Positions 9,457 through 19,580 of a DNA stretch of 64,000 nt are shown in pieces (position 1 is the stretch's first letter; every line of letters starts with the position of its first letter). The notes beneath the pieces are model-generated. The model saw only the letters and a list, made by a program, of their open reading frames with translations, ran no database searches and was not told the origin of the DNA. A program made the position numbers and the translations under genes. Source of the DNA: Candidatus Bathyarchaeota archaeon (lineage in GTDB: Archaea > Thermoproteota > Bathyarchaeia > Bathyarchaeales > Bathycorpusculaceae); contig OY970176.1 of assembly GCA_963707955.1 (NCBI GenBank), positions 1,824,001-1,888,000 of the forward strand. The letters run 5' to 3'.

Positions 9457-9725
9457 TGAAAAAAGTTGAACTAGATAGAATAGATACCCATTCGATAAAG
9501 AAATTGCTGATAGAGATTGGGAGTCCGATCATCCCGCTCACCCTTGTTTTCAAGGCCTTAGGTTTCAAAGGAGTTACAGGGCTAAATTGGGGAATACTCG
9601 CTGGGGCTGTCTCTGCGCTAGCAATTGAATTAGGCTACAAGGTCGAAAGAGTCGGCAGGTCCATCGTTCTCGTCCAGCGGAAAGAGAATCTAACTAAGAG
9701 CAAAAGTCCGACTGAGAGCCCTTGA
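9457..9725 (+). CDS. Hypothetical protein directly upstream of the hydrogenase operon (start uncertain)
   Basis: 3' part of ORF 9378..9725; likely ATG at MKKVELD. Confidence 0.5.
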
Positions 9726-9799
9726 GATTAAGGGTAAAGACCCTGGTGGAAGTTTGAAAGAAACGTTAGAAGGAAACTTGATGGGTACCCCTTCAGTTT

Positions 9800-10150
9800 T
9801 TGACGGAGGTGCTCCTCGCGTTCGCTATTGACTTAGTGGTAGCTTTCATTTTGGTATTTGCTGCCTCGTGTCTGATATATCTGCTCGGTCGCTACTTGTC
9901 GCCGAAATCGGCCAAGACTGAAGGCGGCCAATCGACGTACGCCTGTGGCGAGAAAGCGAGTTTCCCGAAACTGAGGATTAACGTGTCATTGTCAAAGTAC
10001 TTAGTCTACTTTGTCGTTTTGGACTCATCAGTATTACTGGTAGCCTTCGCTTCCTTAGCCCTTTCCGTATCAAACGTTCTGCTCTTCATGTTTTATCTGT
10101 TAATAATGGTTGCAGCGGTTTTGCTTCTTGTTGAAGGAGGCGACCAGTGA
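9800..10150 (+). CDS. nuoA: NuoA/FpoA-like membrane subunit
   Basis: 3 TM helices; YACGE loop; YFVVLD. Confidence 0.85.
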   Translation: MTEVLLAFAIDLVVAFILVFAASCLIYLLGRYLSPKSAKTEGGQSTYACGEKASFPKLRINVSLSKYLVYFVVLDSSVLLVAFASLALSVSNVLLFMFYLLIMVAAVLLLVEGGDQ

Positions 10151-10599
10151 CGTGCTGTGCCAGTTTGGCTAAGTGGGCTCAAAAGAAGTCGCCATGGGTC
10201 CTCCACTTCAACTCTGGCGCCTGCAACGGATGCGACATCGAGGTCGTTGCCCTCCTAACGCCAAGGTATGACGTGGAACGATTTGGAATTCTTCTTGAGC
10301 CCTCGCCAAGACACGCTGACGTTCTGCTAGTCACAGGTGTGGTCACCAACCAAGTTGCAGACAGGCTAAAGCGCATCTATGAACAGATGCCCAGCCCGAA
10401 GTTCGTCGTTGCAATAGGAGCTTGCGCCTGCTCAGGCGGCGTATTCGAGGGCAACTACAACGTAGTCGGCGGAGCAGACAAGATCATTCCGGTAGACGTC
10501 TATATTCCTGGCTGTGCACCGAAACCTGAGGCAATAATTGACGGAATCGTGAAGCTACTCAAAAAGAGGAAGGAGGAAGAAACCAATAACAAACGTTGA
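10147..10599 (+). CDS. nuoB: NuoB-like / group 4 hydrogenase small subunit
   Basis: GACNGCDIE, SPRHADVLLVTG, GACACSGG, PGCAPKPE; CxxC as in hydrogenases rather than the tandem CC of complex I. Confidence 0.92.
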   Translation: MTCCASLAKWAQKKSPWVLHFNSGACNGCDIEVVALLTPRYDVERFGILLEPSPRHADVLLVTGVVTNQVADRLKRIYEQMPSPKFVVAIGACACSGGVFEGNYNVVGGADKIIPVDVYIPGCAPKPEAIIDGIVKLLKKRKEEETNNKR

Positions 10600-12175
10600 A
10601 CAAGAGCTTCTGGCAACGCTTACAGAAAAACTCGGAGAAAGAGTGCTCCAGACGCTTCCCATACAACTCGAAAAGATCTCTGTTCGAGTCAACCCAGGCG
10701 TCCACAGAGACGCTCTGAAAATCCTGCTTGACGGAGATGAAACCGCCGGCATATCAGCAATCACAGGTGTGGATCTAGGTGAAACCATCGAAATATTGTA
10801 CCACATCCGTACGCATGGAACCATCGTGACGATCAGGACACAAGTGCGAAAAGAAGATGCTAGAATCAAAAGCATAACCGACATGCTTCCAGGTGCAAAC
10901 TTTCACGAAAAGGAGGTTGCTGACCTCTTTGGCGTAATCTTTGAGGGCCATCCAAACCCGGGAAGATTGATTCTCTCAGAAGACTGGCCGAAGAACCTCT
11001 TTCCCCTCAGAAAAGATGCTCCGATCACAAACATTGAAAGCAAAACAGACAACCTTTCTCTTGAGGAAGAGGATAAACAGTCCTCAGATGAAGGAACTCT
11101 TACAACGATTATTCTTGGGCCACAGCACCCTGCGCTAATCGAGCCAGAGAAGTTCTCCTTGAAAGTCGACGGAGAGATCGTGACAGAAGTCACGCCTCGC
11201 ATCGGTTATGTTCACAGAGGAATCGAAAAAGCCGCAGAGAGCCGCACGTACCTAAAGGATGTCTATTTGGTTGAAAGAATATGCGGAATCTGCAACGCAT
11301 GCCATGCGACATGTTTCTGCCAAACGGTAGAAGCAATAATGGGAACTGAGGTACCTCTCAGGGCAAGATACTTGCGTACCATAGTTCTAGAGCTTAACAG
11401 AATTCAGAGTCACATGCTGTTGTTAGGCCACGCGGGGCTTGAGATCGGTTATGAACCTCTTTTCCAGTACATGTGGCGTGACCGAGAAGTCGCGATGGAC
11501 ATGATGGAATCACTTACCGGTAACAGGGTTATCGCATCGTTTGTTGCCGTTGGAGGGGTAAGGCGAGACCTGAAAGAGGAAAGGATTCCGGAAATCAAGG
11601 CAGGACTGGCAATGTTGAAGGAGAGAATGGGTTTCTACAAGAACCTGCTTGAAAGTGATTCCACTTTGAAAATGCGAACGAAAGACGTTGGAATATTGAA
11701 GAGAGAGGATGCGTTGAAACTTTCTGTTGTTGGCCCCGTGGCACGTGGATCGAACGTGAAAATAGACGTGAGGAAGGACGAACCCTACGCCGCATACGAT
11801 GAGATTCCTTTCAAGATGATAAGTCGCAGTGAAGGTGATTCTTGGGCAAGGCTAGTGGTTCGCCTTGATGAGGTCAACGAAAGCATCGATATACTAACCT
11901 TTGCGCTGGGCAACTTGCCAGGGGGGCCTTACAGAGTGAGAGTTCCTAGAATTGTACCTCCTGGCGAGGCGCTTAGCCGTGTCGAGGCACCAAGAGGCGA
12001 ACTGTTCTATTACGTAAAAAGCAACGGCACAGCCTACCCTGAGCGTGTCAAGATGCGTACTCCAACATTCGCGAACATATCATCTTTCGTTCAGATCGCA
12101 AGAGGCGGCAACATAGCCGATGTGCCCGCAAGTTTCGTGAGTCTTGACCCTTGTTTTTCATGCACAGATAGATAA
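10586..12175 (+). CDS. Fused NuoC-NuoD-like [NiFe]-hydrogenase large subunit (group 4)
   Basis: NuoC part EKEVADLFGVIFEGHP...PLRKD; GPQHP, GYVHRGIEK, L1 ERICGICNACH, EAPRGE, L2 DPCFSCTDR*. The frame is open back to ATA 10586 after a GGAGG; the ORF track starts it at 10643. Confidence 0.92.
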   Translation: MTNVEQELLATLTEKLGERVLQTLPIQLEKISVRVNPGVHRDALKILLDGDETAGISAITGVDLGETIEILYHIRTHGTIVTIRTQVRKEDARIKSITDMLPGANFHEKEVADLFGVIFEGHPNPGRLILSEDWPKNLFPLRKDAPITNIESKTDNLSLEEEDKQSSDEGTLTTIILGPQHPALIEPEKFSLKVDGEIVTEVTPRIGYVHRGIEKAAESRTYLKDVYLVERICGICNACHATCFCQTVEAIMGTEVPLRARYLRTIVLELNRIQSHMLLLGHAGLEIGYEPLFQYMWRDREVAMDMMESLTGNRVIASFVAVGGVRRDLKEERIPEIKAGLAMLKERMGFYKNLLESDSTLKMRTKDVGILKREDALKLSVVGPVARGSNVKIDVRKDEPYAAYDEIPFKMISRSEGDSWARLVVRLDEVNESIDILTFALGNLPGGPYRVRVPRIVPPGEALSRVEAPRGELFYYVKSNGTAYPERVKMRTPTFANISSFVQIARGGNIADVPASFVSLDPCFSCTDR

Positions 12176-12187
12176 TGAGGCGAAAGC

Positions 12188-13176
12188 ATGAGTCTAGATT
12201 TCACTTTCTTCTTCCGCGTGCTGATTTTTCCAGGCTTCTCATTTATCCTCTTTCTCACATTTCTGTGCGACTGGATTGAACGAAAAATAGAGGCAAGAAT
12301 GCAGAACAGAATCGGCCCAACTTACACTGGTCCTGCTGGCATTCTACAGCCCTTCGCCGACTTCGTGAAGTTGCTTACAAAAGAAGACATGGTTCCCCGC
12401 GACGCAAGAAGCATCGTTTTCAAGCTTTCCCCGATCCTTTCTTTCTCAACGTTTGTCCTTGCCATGTTTTTCTTGCCTATTGATGGTTCGAACGTGATTC
12501 TCAATTCGAGTTTTCAAGGTGACTTGATCTTCGTCTTAGCCCTGGTATCCATTGCCAATTTCTTCCTTTTTCTCTCAGGCTGGTCCTCACGTAACCCCTA
12601 CAGCGAAATTGGCGCAACTAGAGTTTTGACCCAGTTTCTTGGCTATGACATACCTCTTTCAATTCTTGCCTTCAGCCCTGCTGTTCTTGCAAGCGGCCTA
12701 AGTATCTCAACAATAGCAGCCAGTCAGCGTTTTCCATTTGCTCTTTTGGTTCCATGGTCTTTTGCACTGTTTATTATCACTCTTCAAGCCGAGTTGGAGA
12801 AAGACCCATTTGATGTTCCTCATGCCGAGACTGAGATAGTAGGTGGATACGAGACGGAATACAGCGGTCGGCGATTGGCTTTACTTAAGCTCTCTAAAGA
12901 TGTACAAATCGTTCTTGGCGCTGCCATCGTAGTAGAACTGTTCTTAGCCGGTCCATATGGACCAGTTTTCTTGGCCCCCCAGGACTCTGGTATACGCTAT
13001 GGTTTATTCTCAAGGTTTTCCTTATTGTCATAATCACTGAGTACCTGACGTGCGTTTTTGCGAGACTGCGCATCGATCAAGTATTGGACATCAACTGGCG
13101 AACGCTAGTGCCGCTCTCGATTCTGTCACTTATTGCCACGGTTGGAGTCGCGTTCTGGCTTAACTTGAGGATCTGA
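12188..13176 (+). CDS. nuoH: NuoH-like membrane subunit, frameshift near 12970
   Basis: ERKIEARMQNRIGP, QPFADFVKLLTKE, PFDVPHAETEIVGGYETEYSG; C-terminus WFILKV...ARLRIDQ lies in a shifted frame. Confidence 0.9.
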
Positions 13177-13182
13177 TGAAAA

Positions 13183-13566
13183 ATGGCTAAGAAAAGAAAG
13201 TTGTCGCCGATGTTGAAAGAAGTGATTGCCCAGATTTTCACAAAGCCTGCCACTCAGAAATATCCAGCAGTCAGGCCGAAAATTCCTGAAGGCTTTCGTG
13301 GCAAACAGATATTTGACATAAACCTCTGCATAAGTTGCGGCTTATGCGCTAGCGACTGCCCAGCGAAGGCCATCGAAATGGTGGATGTGGAGGGTAAGAA
13401 AAGGCCTCTGTTTCATCTTGATCGTTGTGTTTTCTGCTATCAATGTGCTGAAGGCTGCCCGAGAAACGCGATAAAAGAAACAGGATTCTTCGAACTTGCC
13501 TCAACCAGTAAGTGTGACCTGGTAATAAGACCTGAAACAGACCACAAAAATGGGGGCGAGAAGTAA
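13183..13566 (+). CDS. nuoI: NuoI-like 2x[4Fe-4S] subunit
   Basis: GFRG...CISCGLCASDCP...CVFCYQCAEGCP. Confidence 0.92.
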   Translation: MAKKRKLSPMLKEVIAQIFTKPATQKYPAVRPKIPEGFRGKQIFDINLCISCGLCASDCPAKAIEMVDVEGKKRPLFHLDRCVFCYQCAEGCPRNAIKETGFFELASTSKCDLVIRPETDHKNGGEK

Positions 13567-14032
13567 GACGATCCTAGAAATACTCGCAATCGCATTGGTC
13601 GTCTCAGCTCTTCTAGCAGTTATTCTTGACGACGCTGTATACTCGGTTGCTTCTCTAGCGATAACCCTCATGCTGGTGGCGATTCTATACTCTTTAAATG
13701 ACGCTAGCTTCGCAGCCGTTTTCCAGTTGGGCATAAGCATCGGAACATTAGCAGTCCTCTTCCTGTCAGGTGAGACTCTAAGCGAGAAAACGAAAGAGAG
13801 AAAGCCCTTAAGAAAAGCATTTCTCGCCACAATAGCAGGAATACTGCTCTCAGTTCCGTCCTTTCTGTTTTCAGTTGGCGCCCCCTCGAGCACCACTTCT
13901 TCCGATGTCTCATTTCCAGAAGCTTTGTGGAACTTGAGAGCAATAGACATTGTCTTGCAGGGCTTAGTAATACTGACCGTGGCCTTGGGCATTGCCATAG
14001 TTTTACGGACAAAGAAGGATAGAAGTAGATGA
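13550..14032 (+). CDS. nuoJ: NuoJ-like membrane subunit
   Basis: AAVFQLGISIGTLAVLFL; LWNLRAIDIVLQGL; operon position. Confidence 0.8.
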   Translation: MGARSKTILEILAIALVVSALLAVILDDAVYSVASLAITLMLVAILYSLNDASFAAVFQLGISIGTLAVLFLSGETLSEKTKERKPLRKAFLATIAGILLSVPSFLFSVGAPSSTTSSDVSFPEALWNLRAIDIVLQGLVILTVALGIAIVLRTKKDRSR

Positions 14033-14376
14033 TTGACTACGTTGTCTTATCTATGACTCTGCTGGCAATCGGCATTTACGGCCTAGTGACTAGGCGTCAT
14101 ATTCTAAAGATCCTTGTATCGATTGAGCTGATCGCAACCGCAGCATCGATGAATTTCATCTTGCTCGCCTCCTCGTTGAACAGAGCATTGGGAGAAGCTT
14201 TCCTAATACTTGCCTTCTCTACAGACACATGTGTAACAGGCGTCGTCCTAGCATTATTGATTCTAATAGCCAAGAAATACGGGACGGCCGACATAAGAAA
14301 ACTGGCCGAACTGGAGTGGCTGGAAAAAACCGAAGAAGAAAAAGGCAACAGTGAAGCAAGCGAGGATGATGCTTAG
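14029..14376 (+). CDS. nuoK: NuoK-like membrane subunit
   Basis: IGIYGLVTRRHILKILVSIELI; 3 TM helices. Confidence 0.85.
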   Translation: MIDYVVLSMTLLAIGIYGLVTRRHILKILVSIELIATAASMNFILLASSLNRALGEAFLILAFSTDTCVTGVVLALLILIAKKYGTADIRKLAELEWLEKTEEEKGNSEASEDDA

Positions 14377-16332
14377 TTGCTCCCATTCACGCCTTGGCTT
14401 GTATGGATAATTCCGATTTTTTCCAGCTTGTTAGTTCCGCTCATCAGCCGTTTTGGCGGAAAGGCGAGAAACTACTATGCAGTTATGGTAAGCTTAGTCA
14501 CGACCATTTTCGCTCTGTCTATGATCCCTGACATCTACTTTGGCACTTTGAGCAGTCCAGAATCAACTGTGGCGTGGATTCCTTCGCTGGGTGTCAGTGC
14601 AGGAGTGCGCGTGGACCCACTTAGCGTTTTCTTCGCTTGTCTAATTGCTTTCTTCAGCTTCATAGTAATCCTCTATTCCGTAGGTTACATGGCGGGAGAA
14701 GAGGGCTTGGGCAGATACTATTTTTTCATGCTCCTCTTCATAGGTTCAATGATAGGACTTGTCATGTCGGACAACTTCCTCCAGATGTTCATCTTCTGGG
14801 AAGTAGTAGGGCTCTGCTCGTATTCGCTGGTTACATTTTGGTACAAACGCCCAGAGACCGTTCGTGCAGGGGTCAAAGTCTTCCTCATAACTCGCATAGG
14901 TGACGTTTGCCTACTAGCCGCTATTGCGCTTCTTTACGCCAGCTTAGGCTCATTTTCCTTCTCCTACACGATCGCTCATATAGGAACCGTGCCAATGCCG
15001 ATTCTAACTGCCGTTGCGTTTCTGATGCTTGGCGGGGCAATCGCAAAATCAGCTCAGCTTCCTTTGCACACGTGGCTGTATGATGCTATGGAGGCTCCCA
15101 CCTCAGTCAGCGCTCTCCTGCACGGCGCAACTATGGTGAAGGCGGGAGTCTACCTCATCGCTAGACTATTTACGTTGTTTGGCCCACTGATTTCTTTGAT
15201 CCCTCTGTGGCTTTTTTCTATGGCTTGGATCGGAGCTATTACTGCATTCGTCGGTGCCACGTTGGCATTGTACACTCCTGACATAAAGGGAGTGCCTGCT
15301 TACTCAACTGTTAGTCAAATAGGATTCATGATGGCAGCGTTGGGCACTGCTTCGTCTCCTGCTTCAGAAGGTTGGTTTGCAGGTCTGTTTCACCTGATAA
15401 GCCATGCTTTCTTTCAGGGCCTTGGTTTCCTTGCCATAGGCGGAATAGTTCTCACGATTGGAACACGTGACATGCGACAGATGGGTGGACTACGAAAAGC
15501 CATGCCGATAACTTTTGCACTCTGCCTTATTGTCTTGTTCGCTCGCACCGGAGTGCCTCCGTTTGCAAGTTTTTTCAGCAAGGGCCTGATAGTAAGCAGT
15601 CTCTGGTCGACTGGCGATTTCCCACTTGTGCTCACGGTCTATGCCGCCGTCGCAGTCACTTTTGCTTACACTTTGCGATTCATTATACTCACTTTCCTGC
15701 GGCAACCATCGGAATACGTGAAGCAAAGCCATCCACATGAACCGCCAAAGATAATGCTTTTTGCTTCAGGCATACTCGCCGTTCTGTGCTTCGTTTGGGG
15801 TTTCCTCGCGAATTCAATTGCCACGTTCATGCACGTTAGCGTGCGAATCGGGTTAAGTGAAGTATTTAGTTCATCAACACTGATTTTCATGCTTGTTCTC
15901 CTCATCGGGGGTGTTCCCGTGTACATCTTCTATTACCGTAAATCTAGACTAACGGAGATAGTTTCAAACAGCTTGACTCCATTGAAAGCAGTTTTGGAGC
16001 ATGGCTATTTCTTCGATGATTTCTATGAGAAAGTTGTTGCCAGAGGAATCATGAGAGTTACTGAAGGCCTTGGATATGTTGAGAAAACAGTCTTTACTCC
16101 CTTGCCCTATTTTCTTGCAAATGGAGTAATGACCCTAGCTCGTGGCACTCATAAGTATTTTGACATTCTTGTGGACAAAATGCTATACGCTGTAGCAGAC
16201 AAAACGATGTCTTCCGCCTCAAAAATCCGAAAAACACACAATGAATCTTTACAACGTTACATAGTAGCAGCATTACTCGGTTTTCTGGTACTCCTGATAA
16301 TAGTAATAGTGACGGTGTTGAAGTTGTGGTAA
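14377..16332 (+). CDS. nuoL: NuoL-like antiporter subunit with extended lateral helix
   Basis: FWEVVGLCSYSL, KSAQLPLHTWLYDAMEAPTSVSALLHGATMVKAG; long amphipathic C-terminal helix plus final TM. Confidence 0.93.
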   Translation: MLPFTPWLVWIIPIFSSLLVPLISRFGGKARNYYAVMVSLVTTIFALSMIPDIYFGTLSSPESTVAWIPSLGVSAGVRVDPLSVFFACLIAFFSFIVILYSVGYMAGEEGLGRYYFFMLLFIGSMIGLVMSDNFLQMFIFWEVVGLCSYSLVTFWYKRPETVRAGVKVFLITRIGDVCLLAAIALLYASLGSFSFSYTIAHIGTVPMPILTAVAFLMLGGAIAKSAQLPLHTWLYDAMEAPTSVSALLHGATMVKAGVYLIARLFTLFGPLISLIPLWLFSMAWIGAITAFVGATLALYTPDIKGVPAYSTVSQIGFMMAALGTASSPASEGWFAGLFHLISHAFFQGLGFLAIGGIVLTIGTRDMRQMGGLRKAMPITFALCLIVLFARTGVPPFASFFSKGLIVSSLWSTGDFPLVLTVYAAVAVTFAYTLRFIILTFLRQPSEYVKQSHPHEPPKIMLFASGILAVLCFVWGFLANSIATFMHVSVRIGLSEVFSSSTLIFMLVLLIGGVPVYIFYYRKSRLTEIVSNSLTPLKAVLEHGYFFDDFYEKVVARGIMRVTEGLGYVEKTVFTPLPYFLANGVMTLARGTHKYFDILVDKMLYAVADKTMSSASKIRKTHNESLQRYIVAALLGFLVLLIIVIVTVLKLW

Positions 16333-16333
16333 C

Positions 16334-17833
16334 ATGATTCAAGATACACTCTTGTTGACACTGCTCCTCCCTGCATTCGCGGTCCCAGTTGTTTACTTAA
16401 CAGGAAAGAGATCTCCAAAGGCAGCAGCGATTCTTCTTGCTTTGATAGCCCTAACTGACATCGCGTTGCTCTTGTCAACTGTGCCTACTATTCTTGATCC
16501 CACAACTGGGCACAAGTACGTTGAATCTTACTCCTGGATTCCAGTTCTCAATTCCTCTTTAACCCTTTTTGTTGACGGCGTAAGCTTATCGATGGCAATC
16601 GTAACTCTGGTGCTTATTCTAACAGCGTCCCTGTTCTCAATCGATTATATGCAAGAAAAGAAAGGCCTTGCTGAGTATTATGGGCTTTTGACGTTGCTAT
16701 TCGTAGGTCTCGTCGGTGTTTTCATAACATCGAATCTCATGCTCTTCTACTTCTGCTGGGAATTGATGCTTATCCCGACATTCTTCATAATCGGTGGGTG
16801 GGGCTACAAAGAGCCGTACAAAGCAGCATTCAAGTTTTTCATATTCACCCACGCAGGTGCCGTCTTCGTCCTCCTCGGCATAGGTGGCATCTTCATGGCC
16901 ACGGGCAGTCTGGACATGTTTCAGGCACAAGCAGCTTTGATGACAGGGCATTCGGATATTGTTAGGTGGATTTTGCTGTCTCTTACCGCTGGCTTCGCCG
17001 TGAAAATGGCCGTCGTGCCAGTTCACATGTGGCTACCAGACGCGTACTCTGAGGCACCAGCACCGATGTCTGCCCTTCTCAGCGGAGCAATCACCGGGGC
17101 CGGAACCTACGCGATGCTCAGAGTGGCGCTAGGAACAGTGTTCCCAGCAATTATGTCTACTACTTTCGGCACCGAATTTCTGCATGGTTTGGCATTGTTC
17201 GGAGTCACATCTGCCCTATTCGGTGCCTTGATTTCCACGCTAGAAAACGACATAAAGAGGATAATATCATATTCGAGCATATCACACATGGGATACGTCC
17301 TTTTCGGATTTTCCCTATTTTCTTCCCCAATAGCAATAGCGGGAGCAGTTCTGCATCTTGTGAATCATGCCATAAGCAAAGGATTGTTTTTCCTGTCTTC
17401 CGGGGCGGTGACAAAGCAGGTTGAAACTCGAGACATACGGGAAATGGGAGGACTCGCAGGACAGATGCCAATAACAGCGACATGTTCAACCACAGCAGCA
17501 TTAAGTATCGCAGGAATACCACCGTTCGCATGCTTCATAAGCGAACTCCTAATATTCGTTGGGGCCTTCCAGACAATCATCAGCGACGGTTTCTACCTTT
17601 TGCCGACGGCCTTGATGTTGATAGCCACTGTCTTATCACTTGCTTACGTCTTGAGATACCTAAGTCATGTCTTCTTTGGTCCTGTCAAATCCGAAAAAGT
17701 GAAAGAAGCCCCGTTTTTCATGAATTTCGCGATGATTATCCTGGTTGTACTTGTCATAATCTTAGGCGTATGGCCGTCATTCTTCCTTAATCTCATCAAC
17801 ACGTTTAAAGTTGCTTTAATTGGGGGAATCTAA
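16334..17833 (+). CDS. nuoM: NuoM-like antiporter subunit, copy 1
   Basis: CWELMLIP, AVKMAVVPVHMWLPDAYSEAP, DIKRIISYSSISHMG, FISE. Confidence 0.92.
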   Translation: MIQDTLLLTLLLPAFAVPVVYLTGKRSPKAAAILLALIALTDIALLLSTVPTILDPTTGHKYVESYSWIPVLNSSLTLFVDGVSLSMAIVTLVLILTASLFSIDYMQEKKGLAEYYGLLTLLFVGLVGVFITSNLMLFYFCWELMLIPTFFIIGGWGYKEPYKAAFKFFIFTHAGAVFVLLGIGGIFMATGSLDMFQAQAALMTGHSDIVRWILLSLTAGFAVKMAVVPVHMWLPDAYSEAPAPMSALLSGAITGAGTYAMLRVALGTVFPAIMSTTFGTEFLHGLALFGVTSALFGALISTLENDIKRIISYSSISHMGYVLFGFSLFSSPIAIAGAVLHLVNHAISKGLFFLSSGAVTKQVETRDIREMGGLAGQMPITATCSTTAALSIAGIPPFACFISELLIFVGAFQTIISDGFYLLPTALMLIATVLSLAYVLRYLSHVFFGPVKSEKVKEAPFFMNFAMIILVVLVIILGVWPSFFLNLINTFKVALIGGI

Positions 17834-18068
17834 TGATATACATATCAGGCAGAGACCTACCAGTAATATGCAGTGCCCTGTTCTTTTTCCCCAGAAATCC
17901 AGTTGTTAACTGGCTCGTCAAGAGGAAAGACAAAACAACGCTGTCAAAAGCAATCGAGTGTTATGAAGAATCTCTCCTTAATCATTCTTCACCGCGCACT
18001 TGCCATGTAAGGCCTTTACCGTCCGCCAGAGCATTTCGGAAGCTGCACGCGAAGTGAGGTGATAGCAG

Positions 18069-19568
18069 ATGCAAGGCACGCTGTTGTTAACGTTGATGTT
18101 GCCTACGCTAGCTGTCCCATTCGTTTACTTGACTGGCAGAAAAAGTCCAAAAGCAGCTGCAGTTCTGATCGCCCTAATTGCTTTAGCCGACATCCTATTA
18201 CTCTCTACAATTATCCCGACAATTCTTGGAGGTGCACAGCACAAATACGTCGAGTCCTATCAATGGATTCCAGTTCTCAATTCCTCTTTAACCCTTTTTG
18301 TTGACGGGGTTAGTTTATCGTTGGCAATCGTAACGTTGGTACTTATTCTGACCGCTGCGCTCTTCTCAGTCAACTACATGCAGGAAAGAAAGGGGCTCGC
18401 CGAGTACTATGCTCTTTTGACGTTGCTATTCATAGGTCTCCTCGGTGTTTTCATCACGTCAAACCTCCTGCTCTTCTACTTCTGCTGGGAATTGATGCTT
18501 ATCCCAGCATACTTCATAATCGGTGGGTGGGGCTACAAAGAGCCGTACAAAGCAGCATTTAAGTTTTTCATATTCACCCACGCAGGTGCCGTCTTCGTCC
18601 TCCTCGGCATAGGTGGCATCTTCATGGCCACGGGCAGTCTGGACATGTTTCAGGCACAAGCAGCTTTGATGACGACACATTCGGATATTGTTAGGTGGAT
18701 TTTGCTGTCTCTTACCGCTGGCTTCGCCGTGAAAATGGCCGTCGTGCCAGTTCACATGTGGCTTCCGGACGCTCATTCTGAGGCACCAGCACCGATGTCT
18801 GCCCTTCTAAGCGGCGTGATAATCGGAGCAGGGGTTTATGCTATTTTTCGTGTGTCCCTAGGGACTGTGTTCCCTGCGGTCATGGGAACCGATTTTGGTG
18901 CTGAGTTCATGCACGGTTTGGCAGTGTTCGGAGTCCTATCCGCTTTTTTCGGTTCCTTCATTGCGTTGGTGGAAAATGACATCAAACGGATTATAGCTTA
19001 TTCGAGCATATCACACATGGGGTATGTTCTTTTTGGGCTTTCTATGATGTTTTCAGGTAACCCTCCGCAACTGATCCAGGTTGTGATGGCGGGAACAATT
19101 TTACATCTCATAAATCACGCAGTAAGCAAGGGTCTGTTCTTCTTGTCGGGCGGGTCAATCATGAAGCAGCTCGACATTCGAGACATTCGTGAAATGGGCG
19201 GGCTCGCTGGGGAGATGCCTACAACAGCAACCTGTTCGACCATAGCCGCATTAAGCATCGCTGGTGCGCCTCCTTTTGCATGTTTCATCAGTGAATTTCT
19301 ACTATTCGTCGGCGCGTTTCAAGTGATCAGCAGAGATGGTTTCTACCTTTTGCCAACTGCTTTCATGTTAGTGGCTACGGTCTTGTCGCTTGCTTATGCT
19401 TTGAGATACGTTAGCCACGTGTTCTTGGGACCGACAAAGTATAAGGATGCCAAGGAATCGCCGTTTTTCATGAAGTTCGCGATGCTGATCTTGGCTGCGC
19501 TTGTCATAGTTCTCGGCGTATGGCCCACTTTTTTCCTTGACCTTATTAACACGCTGAGGTTTGTTTAG
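18069..19568 (+). CDS. nuoM: NuoM-like antiporter subunit, copy 2
   Basis: Close paralog of copy 1; WLPDAHSEAP, DIKRIIAYSSISHMG. Confidence 0.92.
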   Translation: MQGTLLLTLMLPTLAVPFVYLTGRKSPKAAAVLIALIALADILLLSTIIPTILGGAQHKYVESYQWIPVLNSSLTLFVDGVSLSLAIVTLVLILTAALFSVNYMQERKGLAEYYALLTLLFIGLLGVFITSNLLLFYFCWELMLIPAYFIIGGWGYKEPYKAAFKFFIFTHAGAVFVLLGIGGIFMATGSLDMFQAQAALMTTHSDIVRWILLSLTAGFAVKMAVVPVHMWLPDAHSEAPAPMSALLSGVIIGAGVYAIFRVSLGTVFPAVMGTDFGAEFMHGLAVFGVLSAFFGSFIALVENDIKRIIAYSSISHMGYVLFGLSMMFSGNPPQLIQVVMAGTILHLINHAVSKGLFFLSGGSIMKQLDIRDIREMGGLAGEMPTTATCSTIAALSIAGAPPFACFISEFLLFVGAFQVISRDGFYLLPTAFMLVATVLSLAYALRYVSHVFLGPTKYKDAKESPFFMKFAMLILAALVIVLGVWPTFFLDLINTLRFV

Positions 19569-19580
19569 GAAGGAAAGCAT

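Noticed and set aside
7415-9471. Shared AATGAAAAAAGTTGAA (MKKVE) at two gene starts flanking trmB as inverted repeats of a mobile element
   Set aside because: Only ~16 low-complexity nt, with no transposase or target duplication
17833-18057. 74-aa ORF between the nuoM copies as an extra subunit
   Set aside because: No clear TM helix or motif and atypical composition; more likely spacer, though not excluded
16334-19568. Second nuoM as a pure assembly duplication
   Set aside because: The copies differ at many synonymous and amino-acid sites and by indels, and NuoL carries a matching helix extension
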